Source of the DNA: Candidatus Latescibacterota bacterium
GTDB taxonomy: Bacteria > Latescibacterota > UBA2968 > GCA-2709665
Direction: 5' to 3'
Assembly (NCBI GenBank): GCA_965222075.1
Contig: OZ244937.1
Span: 768,001 to 832,000 of the forward strand
Length of the DNA stretch: 64,000 nucleotides
In this document: one piece after another, positions 40,765-51,182 of the stretch
Layout of the letters: every line of letters begins with the position of its first letter
Numbering within the stretch: position 1 is the first letter of the stretch
Translations under genes and position numbers: made by a program
Notes under the pieces: generated by a model
What the model was told of the DNA's origin: nothing
The model's database searches: none
The model's input: the letters and a program-made list of their open reading frames with translations, nothing else

Positions 40765-42540
40765 CTAAAGGGGCTTGAGACCGAGTTCGCGTAGCTGAGT
40801 CGGATCGACTTCGGAGGGGGCCCCGTCCATCAGTGAGGCGGCAGTATTGGTTTTGGGGAAGGCGATGACATCCCGAATAAATTCCACCCCGGCCATCAGG
40901 GCGATGAGGCGGTCGTACCCAAATGCGATGCCTCCATGGGGGGGGGCGCCGTAGCGAAACGCATTGAGGAGAAACCCGAATTTAGCTTCGGCCTCTTCCA
41001 AGGAGATGCCCAGCAATTGGAAGATCCGCTCCTGAATATCCCGCCGGTGGATACGGACACTCCCGCCGGCGATTTCGTTGCCGTTGAGCACCAGGTCGTA
41101 GGCGCGGGCCCGGACGGCCGCAGGGTTGGACTCCAGGTTGTCCAGGTCGGCTTCCAGGGGCGAAGTAAAGGGGTGGTGGACGGCGACAAAGCGTTTCTCC
41201 TCCTCGTCCCATTCAACCAGGGGAAACCGGGTGACCCAGAGGAAGCGATACTCGTCGTTGTGAATAAGGTCGAGCTGACGGGCGAGTTCCAGGCGGAGGT
41301 TGCCAAGGGCCTGCGCAACGACGCCGGGCTGATCGGCCACAAAGAGGAGGAGGTCTCCGGGGGCGGCGTCCAGGGCCTTTCGAATCTGGTTCTGCGCCCC
41401 TTCGGGGAAGAATTTGACGATGGAGGATTCGAGGCCTTTATCCGTGACCTTGATCCAGGCGAGGCCTTTGGCCCCGAACCGGCCCGCCAACGCCCCCAGG
41501 TCGTCAATCTGTTTGCGGGAGAGGCCTGCGCATCCCCTGGCGTTGATGCCCCGGACCTGCCCTCCGGCATCCAGCACATTCCGGAAGACCTGGAACTCGG
41601 AGGCCAGCGCAGGGGCTTTCAGGTCGACGATTTCAAAACCGAACCGGGTGTCCGGTTTGTCGATGCCGTAGCGGTTGATGGCCTCCTGGTAGGTGAGCTT
41701 TGGAAAGGGGCGGGGGACGTTGATGTTGAGGATGTCTTTGAACAGGTGGACGGTGAGGTTTTCGGCCAGGTCCATCACGTCGTTTTCGTCCACAAAAGAC
41801 ATTTCGATGTCAATCTGGGTAAACTCGGGCTGGCGGTCGCCCCGGAGGTCCTCGTCACGGAAGCAGCGGACAATCTGGAAGTAGCGGTCGAAGCCGGCGA
41901 CCATCAGGAGCTGCTTGTAGGTCTGGGGGGACTGGGGGAGGGCGTAAAACATGCCCCTGTTGACCCGGCTGGGAACAAGGTAGTCCCTTGCGCCTTCGGG
42001 TGTGCTTTTCATCAAAAACGGGGTTTCGATTTCCAGGAAGCCTTGAGAGGTCATGAAGCGGCGCGTGGATTGGGAGACCCGATGGCGCAGGACCAGGATT
42101 TCCTGCATATCGGCGCGCCTCAAGTCCAGGTAGCGGTAGCGCAGCCGGAGCTCTTCGTTGACATCGATATCCGGTTCGATGGCGAAGGGCGGGGTTTCGG
42201 CCTCGTTGAGGATGCGCAGTTCGGCGCACTCCACGTCGACTGCGCCGGTGGGCAATTTGGGGTTCGCCATCCCTTCGGGCCGGGGTTCGACCTTCCCCTT
42301 GACGGCCAGGACGTATTCGCTGCGGATGTGCTCCGCTTTTTTGTGCACCCCGGGGTTCACATCGGGCCGGAAGACGACCTGGGTGATGCCGCACCGGTCC
42401 CGCAGGTCGACGAAGATAACCCCGCCGTGGTCCCGACGCCTGGTGACCCAGCCCATAAGCGTGACTGCACTGCCCACGTCTTCCAGACGCAAGTCTGCAC
42501 AGGTATGGGTGCGCTTCCAGTTGCCCAACGACTCCACCAT
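40765..42540 (-). CDS. aspS: Aspartate--tRNA ligase
   Basis: RRRDHGG, STPEGARDY, LPQSPQ, FRDEDLR, GAPPHGGIAFG. Confidence 0.98.
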   Translation of the reverse strand: MVESLGNWKRTHTCADLRLEDVGSAVTLMGWVTRRRDHGGVIFVDLRDRCGITQVVFRPDVNPGVHKKAEHIRSEYVLAVKGKVEPRPEGMANPKLPTGAVDVECAELRILNEAETPPFAIEPDIDVNEELRLRYRYLDLRRADMQEILVLRHRVSQSTRRFMTSQGFLEIETPFLMKSTPEGARDYLVPSRVNRGMFYALPQSPQTYKQLLMVAGFDRYFQIVRCFRDEDLRGDRQPEFTQIDIEMSFVDENDVMDLAENLTVHLFKDILNINVPRPFPKLTYQEAINRYGIDKPDTRFGFEIVDLKAPALASEFQVFRNVLDAGGQVRGINARGCAGLSRKQIDDLGALAGRFGAKGLAWIKVTDKGLESSIVKFFPEGAQNQIRKALDAAPGDLLLFVADQPGVVAQALGNLRLELARQLDLIHNDEYRFLWVTRFPLVEWDEEEKRFVAVHHPFTSPLEADLDNLESNPAAVRARAYDLVLNGNEIAGGSVRIHRRDIQERIFQLLGISLEEAEAKFGFLLNAFRYGAPPHGGIAFGYDRLIALMAGVEFIRDVIAFPKTNTAASLMDGAPSEVDPTQLRELGLKPL

Positions 42541-42566
42541 CGTTCGCTTCTTGTGTGTAGAAGGCA

Positions 42567-43865
42567 TTATTTTTTACTATCTTGTGCGTTGGTCTTCAGG
42601 TGAGGCCAAAGGGTGTCGAAACAATCTCTCGAAACGGCATTCTGGGTTCGGTTTACCAGGTTTTTTACCACAACGGCATTTGAATGGACCTCATCCGGAC
42701 CGATGATGACAACGGTGGGAATCCCCTTCCTGTCGGCATACTTCAGCTGCTTGTCCAGCCGGTGCGCGGGGTTCAAATAGAGTTCTGTGGAAATCCCGTG
42801 TTCTCTGGCGGTGCGGGCAAAAGAGACCGAGTGTTCTACAAGGTCCTCAGAAAAAACCGTAACCAGTACATCGGCGCATTTTGTACGAATTTCAGGGTAA
42901 AGATCGACTTCTTTTAACAGTTCGGTCATCGCCATGTCGCCCAAGGCAAATCCGACCCCGGGGAGGTCTCGCTTTCCCCCAACCTGAACGGTGAGATTAT
43001 CGTAGCGGCCCCCTCCAAATACCGCCCTTCTAAGCGTTGTTTTTGCCCAGGCTTCGAAGACCGTGCGGGTATAGTAGTCGAAGCCGCGGACGATCTTTAA
43101 ATCCGGCTCCACATATTCGGCTACCCCGTTGAGGTCCAGCTGCGTCAGAATCTGCTGAAGCCAGGGGAAAGATGTCAGGTCTTTGGTTTTGAGGATGTGG
43201 TCCAGCCTGTCGATTTTATTTTCGGATAACCCTATCTTTTCCAGTTCATTGTGAAATTTCGACGGGTGCATTTTATCCATTCGGTCCACAAGGGCGAACA
43301 GCGGGTGAATCCATTGGTGGGGGATGTCCAGGGTGGTGCGTAAAAACCGTTCCAGCCCGTCGCGGTCGTTTATTTTGATGGTGACGTGATCCGGTGTGAG
43401 CCCCAGACTTTTGAATAAAAGACAGGCAATGGTGATGATCTCCGCATCCGCAGCGTGGCTCTCGCTTCCGAGGAGATCGATATTCCACTGGAAGAAGGCG
43501 CGCGCCCGTCCCCTCTGGGGCCTTTCGTAACGAAAAAATTGGCCGTATGACTGCCAGCGAATGGGGAAGACCGTCTGCCCTTCCCGCTGGGCGACCATGC
43601 GCGCCAGCGTGGGGGTTAACTCCGGGCGAAGCACGAGCAGCCTGCCGTCTCTATCGGTCAGGGAAAAGGTCTGCCGGTTGACGATCTCCTCGCTGCTCTT
43701 GTCCAAATAGAGGTCCATGTGCTCGATGATGCTTCCTTCATATTCCTGGTATCCAAACGAGGTCCCAAGCGAGATGAATTTCTCTGCAAGCCACTTCTGG
43801 TATTCCCAATCTTCGGGATAGAAGTCCCGTGTTCCTTTGACGCGCTGGACGAGTTGCCGGGCCAT
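42567..43865 (-). CDS. hisS: Histidine--tRNA ligase
   Basis: KGTRDF, LRPELT, FRYERPQRGR, VRGFDYY, GGGRYD. Confidence 0.98.
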   Translation of the reverse strand: MARQLVQRVKGTRDFYPEDWEYQKWLAEKFISLGTSFGYQEYEGSIIEHMDLYLDKSSEEIVNRQTFSLTDRDGRLLVLRPELTPTLARMVAQREGQTVFPIRWQSYGQFFRYERPQRGRARAFFQWNIDLLGSESHAADAEIITIACLLFKSLGLTPDHVTIKINDRDGLERFLRTTLDIPHQWIHPLFALVDRMDKMHPSKFHNELEKIGLSENKIDRLDHILKTKDLTSFPWLQQILTQLDLNGVAEYVEPDLKIVRGFDYYTRTVFEAWAKTTLRRAVFGGGRYDNLTVQVGGKRDLPGVGFALGDMAMTELLKEVDLYPEIRTKCADVLVTVFSEDLVEHSVSFARTAREHGISTELYLNPAHRLDKQLKYADRKGIPTVVIIGPDEVHSNAVVVKNLVNRTQNAVSRDCFDTLWPHLKTNAQDSKK

Positions 43866-43942
43866 GGGGGTTCGGACCTCAATTTATGAAACGTTTTGGA
43901 TAGATTGGCAAAACTAAACAGAAGTGACCGTGTTGTCAAGAG

Positions 43943-45250
43943 CTATCCACTTTCAATGCGAAAGGCGCCCTTGATGTGTTGGATGCTGTGGCCGTCTTTG
44001 GAGAGGCGGATGGCCATCACATCAAAACGGGGGATGCACGCCGGGGAAGCGTGGCGCTGAAGGTAGGCCCGGGCGACGCGGGCAATCTGGCGCTGTTTTT
44101 CGGGGGTGACCCGGGCTTCGGGAGGCCCGAAGTGGGGGGAGGTGGCGGTTTTGACTTCGACGAAGGCCAGGGTGTTCCCTTTCAGGGTGACGATGTCGAT
44201 TTCGCCTCTGGCCGCCCGGTACCCGCGGGCGAGGATGCGATAGCCCTTCCGGACCAGGTCTTTTGCGGCGATGTCTTCCCCCCGGCGGCCGGTGCGAGAC
44301 AGGGCGGTTTGCTGCTGCGCGTAGCGTTTCCGGAGGGCCTCCACCTCATCCTGGGGCAGGGCCTCACGCGCAGCGGCGATGCTGCGGCCTATGGCCTTTA
44401 ATTGGGGCAGGTCCGCGGCCTGGCCGATGCCTTCGGCAAAGATCCGGAAGTCTTCAGAACGGGCGGGGGAAAGGTCGGCCACACCGGCGAAGGATCGCCG
44501 GTGAATGAGGCAGGGGCCGTGTTCCCGGAGGGCACGGAGGTGGTTGGGGCTGCCGTAGCCTTTGTGTCCGGCAAATCCGTAGAGGGGGTACTGCCTGTCG
44601 TATTCAACCATCTGCCGGTCCCGGGTGACTTTGGCCACGATTGAGGCCGCGGCGATGGAGAGGGAGGTGGCGTCTCCGTCTACCACGGCGATTTCAGGAT
44701 AAGGGCCTTCCGGGAGACCCTTTCCGTCCACCATCACCCGGTCGGGGGGGAGGGAGAGGCCTTCAAGGGCCCGGCGCATGGCCAGATAGGTGGCCTGGAG
44801 GATGTTGAGACGGTCGATTTCGGCGGGGTCTGCCCGGCCGACGGCTACGGCCAGTCCGACCTGATGGATGCGGTCGAAGAGGGCCTCCCTCCGTTCGGGG
44901 GAGAGGGCTTTGGAGTCGTTGAGGCCGGGGATGAGGGCGTCCCGGGGGAGGATGACGGCGGCCGCCACAACCGGACCGGCTAAGGGGCCCCGGCCGGCCT
45001 CGTCCACCCCGGCGATGCGCCGAATGCCCTTCGCGTGGAGTTTCCGTTCCAGGGCGAGCATCTTTTCCAGCCGGGCGCGTTCGGCGGCTTCGGCCCTGCG
45101 GCGTTTGCGCTCCCGGAGGGCCAGGTTTTTCACGCCGCTCCTGGGGTCGGCCTCAAGGGCGTTTATCAGGGTGTCGTCGATGCTGTCCAGGGTGCTGATG
45201 AGGTCCCGGATTGCGGCGATTGTGAGTGTGGAGAGGTCGGGGAGGGACAT
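43943..45250 (-). CDS. rnhB: Ribonuclease HII fused to a C-terminal YraN (UPF0102) domain
   Basis: GVDEAGRGPLAGPV, DSK, IAAASIVAKVTRD; then GRRGED.A..L..KGY.IL, GEIDIV, FVEVK, RFDV in one frame. Confidence 0.93.
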   Translation of the reverse strand: MSLPDLSTLTIAAIRDLISTLDSIDDTLINALEADPRSGVKNLALRERKRRRAEAAERARLEKMLALERKLHAKGIRRIAGVDEAGRGPLAGPVVAAAVILPRDALIPGLNDSKALSPERREALFDRIHQVGLAVAVGRADPAEIDRLNILQATYLAMRRALEGLSLPPDRVMVDGKGLPEGPYPEIAVVDGDATSLSIAAASIVAKVTRDRQMVEYDRQYPLYGFAGHKGYGSPNHLRALREHGPCLIHRRSFAGVADLSPARSEDFRIFAEGIGQAADLPQLKAIGRSIAAAREALPQDEVEALRKRYAQQQTALSRTGRRGEDIAAKDLVRKGYRILARGYRAARGEIDIVTLKGNTLAFVEVKTATSPHFGPPEARVTPEKQRQIARVARAYLQRHASPACIPRFDVMAIRLSKDGHSIQHIKGAFRIESG

Positions 45251-45418
45251 AGGCTTGAAGCGTGAAAGGGGGTTGACTGGTCTCGCCGGATTTGGCAATC
45301 CAGGTCGAGCGGCGTTTTTAATGTAGGACGGACCGGCAGAGGTGTCAAGGGGTTTGGTAGAGCGGGACGGAGGGATAGAGGTCAAACGCTGACTTCCGCG
45401 ATTTGATTTCCACGAGGG

Positions 45419-47281
45419 TTGTTTATATATTACTTAGCTTATGTTATTGCAAAAACTTGGAAGCCCTTTTCTAAACCGGACCGACAGGTTGTGGAAGCGC
45501 AAGATAGATACAAGAATTTCAGGAGGCTGCTGGTCTATGTGCGGCCCTACGTCCGGGGCCTGATCCTGGCCCTGATGTTGACGGTGGCGCTGACGGTGCT
45601 GGGGATGACGCCGCCCCTGATTGCCATGTATATTATCGATTCGGTGATTATCGCGGGCAATTGGGGGGCGCTGGAGGTCTTGCTGTTGATCTCCATTCTG
45701 ATTCCGGTGCTTCTGACCGGCCTCCGGGTGGCCACCACCTATAAGATCTCCTACATCTCCTACAAGCTGATTATGGATATCCGGCTGAAGATCTACGAAC
45801 ACATTCTGGCCCTGTCGATGAAATTTCACGAAGAGATGGGGACGGGGAAGGTGATGTCCCGGATTATGGGGGATGTGGTGACGGTGCGCAGTATGGTGAC
45901 CCAGCGGATGCTGGAGATGATGACCGACGCCGTCGTCTTCCTGACTGCGATCGGGCTCTGCTTTGGCCTGAACTGGAAGCTGGCGCTGATGCTGGTGGCC
46001 ATGATGCCGCTTTATCTTTTAAACCATAAACTCTTCATCGGGGGCCTGCGGTCTGCCTGGCAGAGGTGGCGGGCGAAGATGGATGAGATGTCCACTGGGC
46101 TTCAGGAGCGGCTCACCGGCGTGCGGCTGGTAAAGGCTTACGGGCGGGAGCGGCGCGAGAACCGGGCCTTTATGGAGGATACCCGGGAGAGTTTTGAGTA
46201 CGCGATGCAGGGCGTGATGTACCGGGTGCACCAGGAGACCGGGAACTGGGCCCTGACCGGGCTGCGCAATACGCTGGTGTTCTGCGTGGGGTGCTACTTT
46301 GTGATCCAGGGAGAGATGACCTACGGGGCGGTGATGGCGTTTCAGGCCTATGCCATGCGCATGTTCCAGCCGGTGCTCAACCTGATCAGAATGGCCACCG
46401 AATTTGAGCGGATGATGATTTCTCTGGACCGGATCTTTGAGATCCTGGACTGGCCGGTTGAAATTGCGGACCGGCCCGGGGCCAGGGAGATGCCGCGCCT
46501 CCGGGGGCACGTGGTGTTCGACCACGTCTGGTTCGAGTACACGCCGGGAGAGCCGGTTCTCAAGAATACCTGCCTGGAGGTTCAGCCGGGGACGCTGGTG
46601 GCTCTGGTGGGGCATACCGGGTGCGGGAAGACGACGCTGACGAGTCTGTTGATGCGGTTTTACGACGTGGCCCGGGGGACGATCACCATCGATGGAAACG
46701 ATATCCGGGATGTGAAGCTCAGGTCTCTGCGGAAGCAGATCGGCCAGGTGCTGCAGGATTCGGTGCTCTTTGATATGAGTATAAAAGACAACCTGCGCTA
46801 CGGCCACTTAGACGCCACCGAGGCGGAGATGATCGCAGCGGCCCGGATGACGGAGATCCACGAATTCATTATGCGCACTCCACAGGGCTACGATACGATG
46901 CTTGGAGAGGACGGGATCAAGCTTTCCGTGGGGGAAAAACAGCGGCTTGCCATTGCCCGGGCGGTGCTGACCGATCCGGCCATTTTGGTCCTGGACGAGG
47001 CCACGTCGGCGCTGGATTCCCTGTCTGAAGCGCTGATTCAGAAGGCGATGGCAAACGTGCTGAAGGGGCGGACGTCGTTCGTGATCGCCCATCGGCTGTC
47101 GACGATTGTGAATGCGGACCTGATTGTGGTGATGGACCAGGGGAAGATCATAGAGATGGGGCGCCACGAGGAACTGGTGCGGAAGCCGGACGGGATGTAC
47201 CGGCAGCTCTACGAGCAGCAGTTTGCCGGGCTTGACGCGCAGGAACTCGCAACTGGGGTGGTAAAGGGCGGAAGGCGATGA
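45419..47281 (+). CDS. ABC exporter, fused permease/ATPase subunit 1 (start uncertain)
   Basis: TMD, GHTGCGKT, degenerate signature LSVGE, LDEAT, IAH. Confidence 0.92.
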   Translation: MFIYYLAYVIAKTWKPFSKPDRQVVEAQDRYKNFRRLLVYVRPYVRGLILALMLTVALTVLGMTPPLIAMYIIDSVIIAGNWGALEVLLLISILIPVLLTGLRVATTYKISYISYKLIMDIRLKIYEHILALSMKFHEEMGTGKVMSRIMGDVVTVRSMVTQRMLEMMTDAVVFLTAIGLCFGLNWKLALMLVAMMPLYLLNHKLFIGGLRSAWQRWRAKMDEMSTGLQERLTGVRLVKAYGRERRENRAFMEDTRESFEYAMQGVMYRVHQETGNWALTGLRNTLVFCVGCYFVIQGEMTYGAVMAFQAYAMRMFQPVLNLIRMATEFERMMISLDRIFEILDWPVEIADRPGAREMPRLRGHVVFDHVWFEYTPGEPVLKNTCLEVQPGTLVALVGHTGCGKTTLTSLLMRFYDVARGTITIDGNDIRDVKLRSLRKQIGQVLQDSVLFDMSIKDNLRYGHLDATEAEMIAAARMTEIHEFIMRTPQGYDTMLGEDGIKLSVGEKQRLAIARAVLTDPAILVLDEATSALDSLSEALIQKAMANVLKGRTSFVIAHRLSTIVNADLIVVMDQGKIIEMGRHEELVRKPDGMYRQLYEQQFAGLDAQELATGVVKGGRR

Positions 47282-49236
47282 ACGAGAATTTTCGACGATT
47301 TGTAAAGACCTACATCCGGCCGTTCTGGGGCCGGATGACGCTGGTGATGGTTCTGGCGGGGGTCACGTCCTCTTACTGGTTCGTGCTGGGATTTCTGTCC
47401 AAGGTGACCGTGGATCATGTGCTTCAGCTCAGGCCCGGCGCGGAGGCCGCACAGGGGCAGGAGCTGAGGGGGAGGGACAGCCGGATGCCCGGCCTGCGCG
47501 ATGGGGCTGTCCGGGAACGGGAAGGCAGGCCCCTGCACCGGGACCCCCAGGTTGTGCTGCCGGGTCTGGGTGGACAGGAAGCGGCGGGACCGAAGAAGAC
47601 CAGGACCGAACAGCTTTACTGGCTCTGGGTGATTTTTTTCGCCTATCTGCTGGTCCGGATGACTTTTGCAGCGAGCAACTGGTTTTATATGTATAACATC
47701 TCCTTTGTGGGACATCGGATTGTCTCTCGCGTTCGGGTGGATTTGCACGAAAAGGTCCAGAAGCTGCAGATGACCTTTTTCGATCGGCAGCAGACGGGCA
47801 AGATCATGTCCCGCATCCTGGACGATGTGGGGCTGCTGCAAAGCGAGGTGACCTCGACGTTTGTGGAGACGGTGCGACACGTTACCCGGCTGCTGATCGG
47901 CATCGTCATCCTGCTGATGATCAATCCGAAGCTGGGGCTGCTGGCCCTGCTGGCTCTGCCCCTTTATGTGGTGGCCTACAAGGTCTTTCAGCATTCGATT
48001 GCCGTGACTTCTTTAAGAATGCGGGAGGCCTATGCAGAGGCTTACGGTATTCTGGAGGAGCGGGTGCGGGGAATTCGGGTGGTGCTTTCGTTTGCGCGGG
48101 AACGAGGAGAACTGCGGGCGTTTTTCCGGCGGGTGGCGACGACCTTCCGGCTGTCCGTTAAACGGTGGATGCTGAATACCGGCCTGGGGGCGACCTGCTC
48201 GGCGGTGAGCGCGGTGGCCACGGCGCTGGTGTTTTACTGGGGCGCTTTGGCCGTGAAATCGGGGGAGATGACGGTGGGCGACCTGGTCTATTTCAACATG
48301 TCGCTGGGCGCCCTGTTTATGCCCCTGGTGGCGCTGACCAATATCAACGCCACCATTTTGGAGATGCTGGTGGTGATTTCCCGCGTGTTTGAGGTCCTGG
48401 ATGAAGAGGTCTTGATTCAGGACCGGCCCGGCGCGGTCCGGCTGGACCGGGTTCGGGGGCGGGTGGCTTTTCAGCACGTCTGGTTTCGGTACAGTGAGCG
48501 CGGAGATTATGTGCTGAAGGACCTGCGCTTCGAGGTGAAGCCGGGGACCTCCGTGGCGGTGGTGGGGCCTTCGGGTTCGGGGAAGAGTACCCTGTTGAGC
48601 CTGCTGCTGCGGCTTTATGAGCCGACTGAAGGATCGGTTCTGATCGACGATTACGACATCCGGGATGTCAAGCTCTCCTCCCTCCGGAAACATATCGGCA
48701 TGGTGCCTCAGGAACCGATCCTTTTCTCGGGTACTGTTGCGGAGAATATCGTCTACGGGCGAGACGATGCCACCCCCGATCAGATTATGGAGGCGGCGAA
48801 GGCAGCGGAACTCCACGATTTTATTATGAGCCTGCCGGAGAAGTACGAGGCCCATGTGGGGGAGCGGGGAGGCAATTTGTCGGGGGGGCAGAAACAGCGC
48901 CTGGCTTTTGCGATGGCGCTGCTGCACGATCCAAGTATTTTGATTCTTGACGATACGACCTCGGCATTAGACGCCAGGACCGAGTCGCGCATCCAGCAGA
49001 CACTGGATCGGGTTATGAAGGGGCGGACGACCTTTGTGATTACCCACAGGATCTCGACGGCGATGCGGGCGGAACGGGTTCTGGTGTTGGACAACGGTCG
49101 AATGGCAGGATGGGGGAAACACGAGGATCTGATTCGAGAGGGGGGGGTCTATCGCCGGATCTACGAACAGCAGCAGGCGCAGGCAGAGGATGAGCTGCCC
49201 TTAGAAGTAGACGGAGAAGCTGTCAAGACTGTTTGA
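47278..49236 (+). CDS. ABC exporter, fused permease/ATPase subunit 2
   Basis: GPSGSGKS, LSGGQ, degenerate Walker B LDD; ATGA overlap; heterodimer pattern. Confidence 0.93.
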   Translation: MNENFRRFVKTYIRPFWGRMTLVMVLAGVTSSYWFVLGFLSKVTVDHVLQLRPGAEAAQGQELRGRDSRMPGLRDGAVREREGRPLHRDPQVVLPGLGGQEAAGPKKTRTEQLYWLWVIFFAYLLVRMTFAASNWFYMYNISFVGHRIVSRVRVDLHEKVQKLQMTFFDRQQTGKIMSRILDDVGLLQSEVTSTFVETVRHVTRLLIGIVILLMINPKLGLLALLALPLYVVAYKVFQHSIAVTSLRMREAYAEAYGILEERVRGIRVVLSFARERGELRAFFRRVATTFRLSVKRWMLNTGLGATCSAVSAVATALVFYWGALAVKSGEMTVGDLVYFNMSLGALFMPLVALTNINATILEMLVVISRVFEVLDEEVLIQDRPGAVRLDRVRGRVAFQHVWFRYSERGDYVLKDLRFEVKPGTSVAVVGPSGSGKSTLLSLLLRLYEPTEGSVLIDDYDIRDVKLSSLRKHIGMVPQEPILFSGTVAENIVYGRDDATPDQIMEAAKAAELHDFIMSLPEKYEAHVGERGGNLSGGQKQRLAFAMALLHDPSILILDDTTSALDARTESRIQQTLDRVMKGRTTFVITHRISTAMRAERVLVLDNGRMAGWGKHEDLIREGGVYRRIYEQQQAQAEDELPLEVDGEAVKTV

Positions 49237-49310
49237 CGGGCGAGAGACAGCCTGCAAGAGGGCGGCATATTTTCCGGGGCCGCCTCCGGGCGACGAACGT
49301 TGGCTGCATT

Positions 49311-50081
49311 TCAGACTGTGGCGCCTTGGAGGCGTTGGAGGAAGGTTTCGTCTTTTCCGCTGTATTTCTTGCTACAGAGGTCACAGCCGATGCAGGAACG
49401 GTTGTAGCAGTTCTTGTGTACGCGAACAGGATACTGCTTTTTGAACGCTTCCTCGCATTTTTCTGAACAGAAGGTGTAGCGGTCCTGGTAATTTCCAAAC
49501 GCGGCGTAGACGATAATCGGCTCGCCTTCCGTTTCTGTCAGGTGTTTTTCGCACCAACCGCAGATGCCGGCCTGCTCCCGGGTTCGGGTTTTCCGCTTTT
49601 TGGTGATTTCCTCTTCGGTCCAGGCGAATTCGATGTACTCGACGTTCTCCTTGGAGACCTTGGCGCGGACCACGCCGTCGGTGATCCCCAGGATGTAGTC
49701 CCCTCTGGTGTCAAATGTGGTGCCGCATTCGATGGTGTTCGCGTTTTTGAGGTGGATGATGGATTTGCCCTCTTCGGGGGAGATAAAGGAGAACCATCCA
49801 CAACTGGCGCAGACGCTGGTGAAGAGGAACTGCCGGGTTTTGTGCCCGCAGGAGGGACAGCGCCCTTCCTCCATCAGTCTGATATCCCGGAGGGAGGCCT
49901 TGGCCGCCTCTTTGACGGCGGTATCGATTTCCTCCATCGTTTGATCCAGGCCCTCCCCGCCCTCCGAAAGGAGGGACAGGGCCTCTTCCGCTTCCTCCTC
50001 CTGGCCTTCGATCACAATCTGTTTTGCACGGGCTGTTGACGCGTCTTCGTCCTCGTCCCGCGTGAAGAGTCCCTTCAGCAT
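49311..50081 (-). CDS. Hypothetical multi-zinc-finger protein
   Basis: CPSC...CASC, CGWC...FCSEKC, H..C....C..C..C; RBS GGAGG. Confidence 0.75.
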   Translation of the reverse strand: MLKGLFTRDEDEDASTARAKQIVIEGQEEEAEEALSLLSEGGEGLDQTMEEIDTAVKEAAKASLRDIRLMEEGRCPSCGHKTRQFLFTSVCASCGWFSFISPEEGKSIIHLKNANTIECGTTFDTRGDYILGITDGVVRAKVSKENVEYIEFAWTEEEITKKRKTRTREQAGICGWCEKHLTETEGEPIIVYAAFGNYQDRYTFCSEKCEEAFKKQYPVRVHKNCYNRSCIGCDLCSKKYSGKDETFLQRLQGATV

Positions 50082-50475
50082 GGCGCCGAGCCTCCATCCC
50101 TGTTATAATTTCTCGTCCTTGTAGATGTAATCAGGGTGTTGTTTTTTCTGCTCATACGGTAATGGATATTTGCAACCAGGCCTTTATTTTTCTGCTTAGC
50201 TATTAAACAACAAGCCCCGGAAGATGCGGAAATATCAGATAAGCTTAATAAATATAGGGATTTTAGCGACACCAGTCAACGCCTGTGGGGATTTTTTTAA
50301 GGGGGTGAAGCTTATTGCCTCAGCCTGAGAGACCGCCTGAGAGACCTCCCGCCCGGACGTGGTAGATGAATGATTTCCACGAAAACCTTGAGGCCGATTT
50401 CTTTTAACGTATTGGTTTTTTTATTCACATAGACTCTGCGGTCTCTTAGCCTTCAAGAAAACACTTGTGTCCTTC

Positions 50476-50663
50476 AATACTGTGAACAGTTTTTGACAAA
50501 AAAGTGCCGTTTACGCAGATTAAGGTATCTCAAACCGTCAAGTCAAAGATACCCCTTATCTGGAGAAACGGCACAATGGAACTGGCAGAGAATATACTCA
50601 ACCGCTTCAACATTTCCAAGCCTCAAAGAAAGTTTCTGCTGATCCTGTTTACAACAATCCTGA
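50476..50663 (+). mobile_element. IS remnant (IS4/IS701-like) with transposase N-terminus only
   Basis: MELAENILNRFNISKPQRKFLLILFTTIL resembles DDE transposase starts; inverted repeat GTGCCGTTT/AAACGGCAC upstream; broken by palindromic elements. Confidence 0.55.
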
Positions 50664-50709
50664 CCTGCCTGTGCGTTGCACGCTTGCCTGCGCGCAGCGC
50701 GCAGGCAAG
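50664..50709. repeat. Adjacent or nested CCTGCCTG-type palindromic elements
   Basis: CCTGCCTGTGCGTTGCACG followed by CTTGCCTGCGCGCAGCGCGCAGGCAAG. Confidence 0.65.
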
Positions 50710-51182
50710 TCGGTTTGGACCCGACTTGGATAAAAAAACGACCCGAATACCAAATGCTCAGAGAATATGGCAAAATTGCTGCCTAAAATTGTTTACACTA
50801 TTGAACCATAAACTATCCACTTTTTCGTATTTTTACAATAATTTACAGAAAGAACCCGGAGAGCGAGGAAGAGTATGTTGCAATTTGCAACAAATAGACG
50901 TATATTGCAACAGCCGCTGTGGCTCCGGTCCGGGGAGTCGGTCGAGAGGCGTTTTTAAAACCCACATCGGGCCGATGGTGCCCCTGGAAGGAAGGGACGC
51001 GGTTTACGTCGAGGGCGAGACGCCCTTGATCCGAATCCTGCCCACCGCTTGCAGAAGACGCGAAGGTGGGTCGACAAAGGATTCGGATCATTATTCGGAT
51101 GGTTCGAAGCAAGAATACCAAGAGCGATTGACTTGTTGTTTCGTTGTTTCGCTGGTCGTTTCCAACATTAAGGAGGCTCGCT

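Noticed and set aside
36918-42603. Long plus-strand ORFs (36918-38552, 40936-42603), and likewise 58177-59775 and 8441-10666
   Set aside because: Antisense shadows of GC-rich genes.
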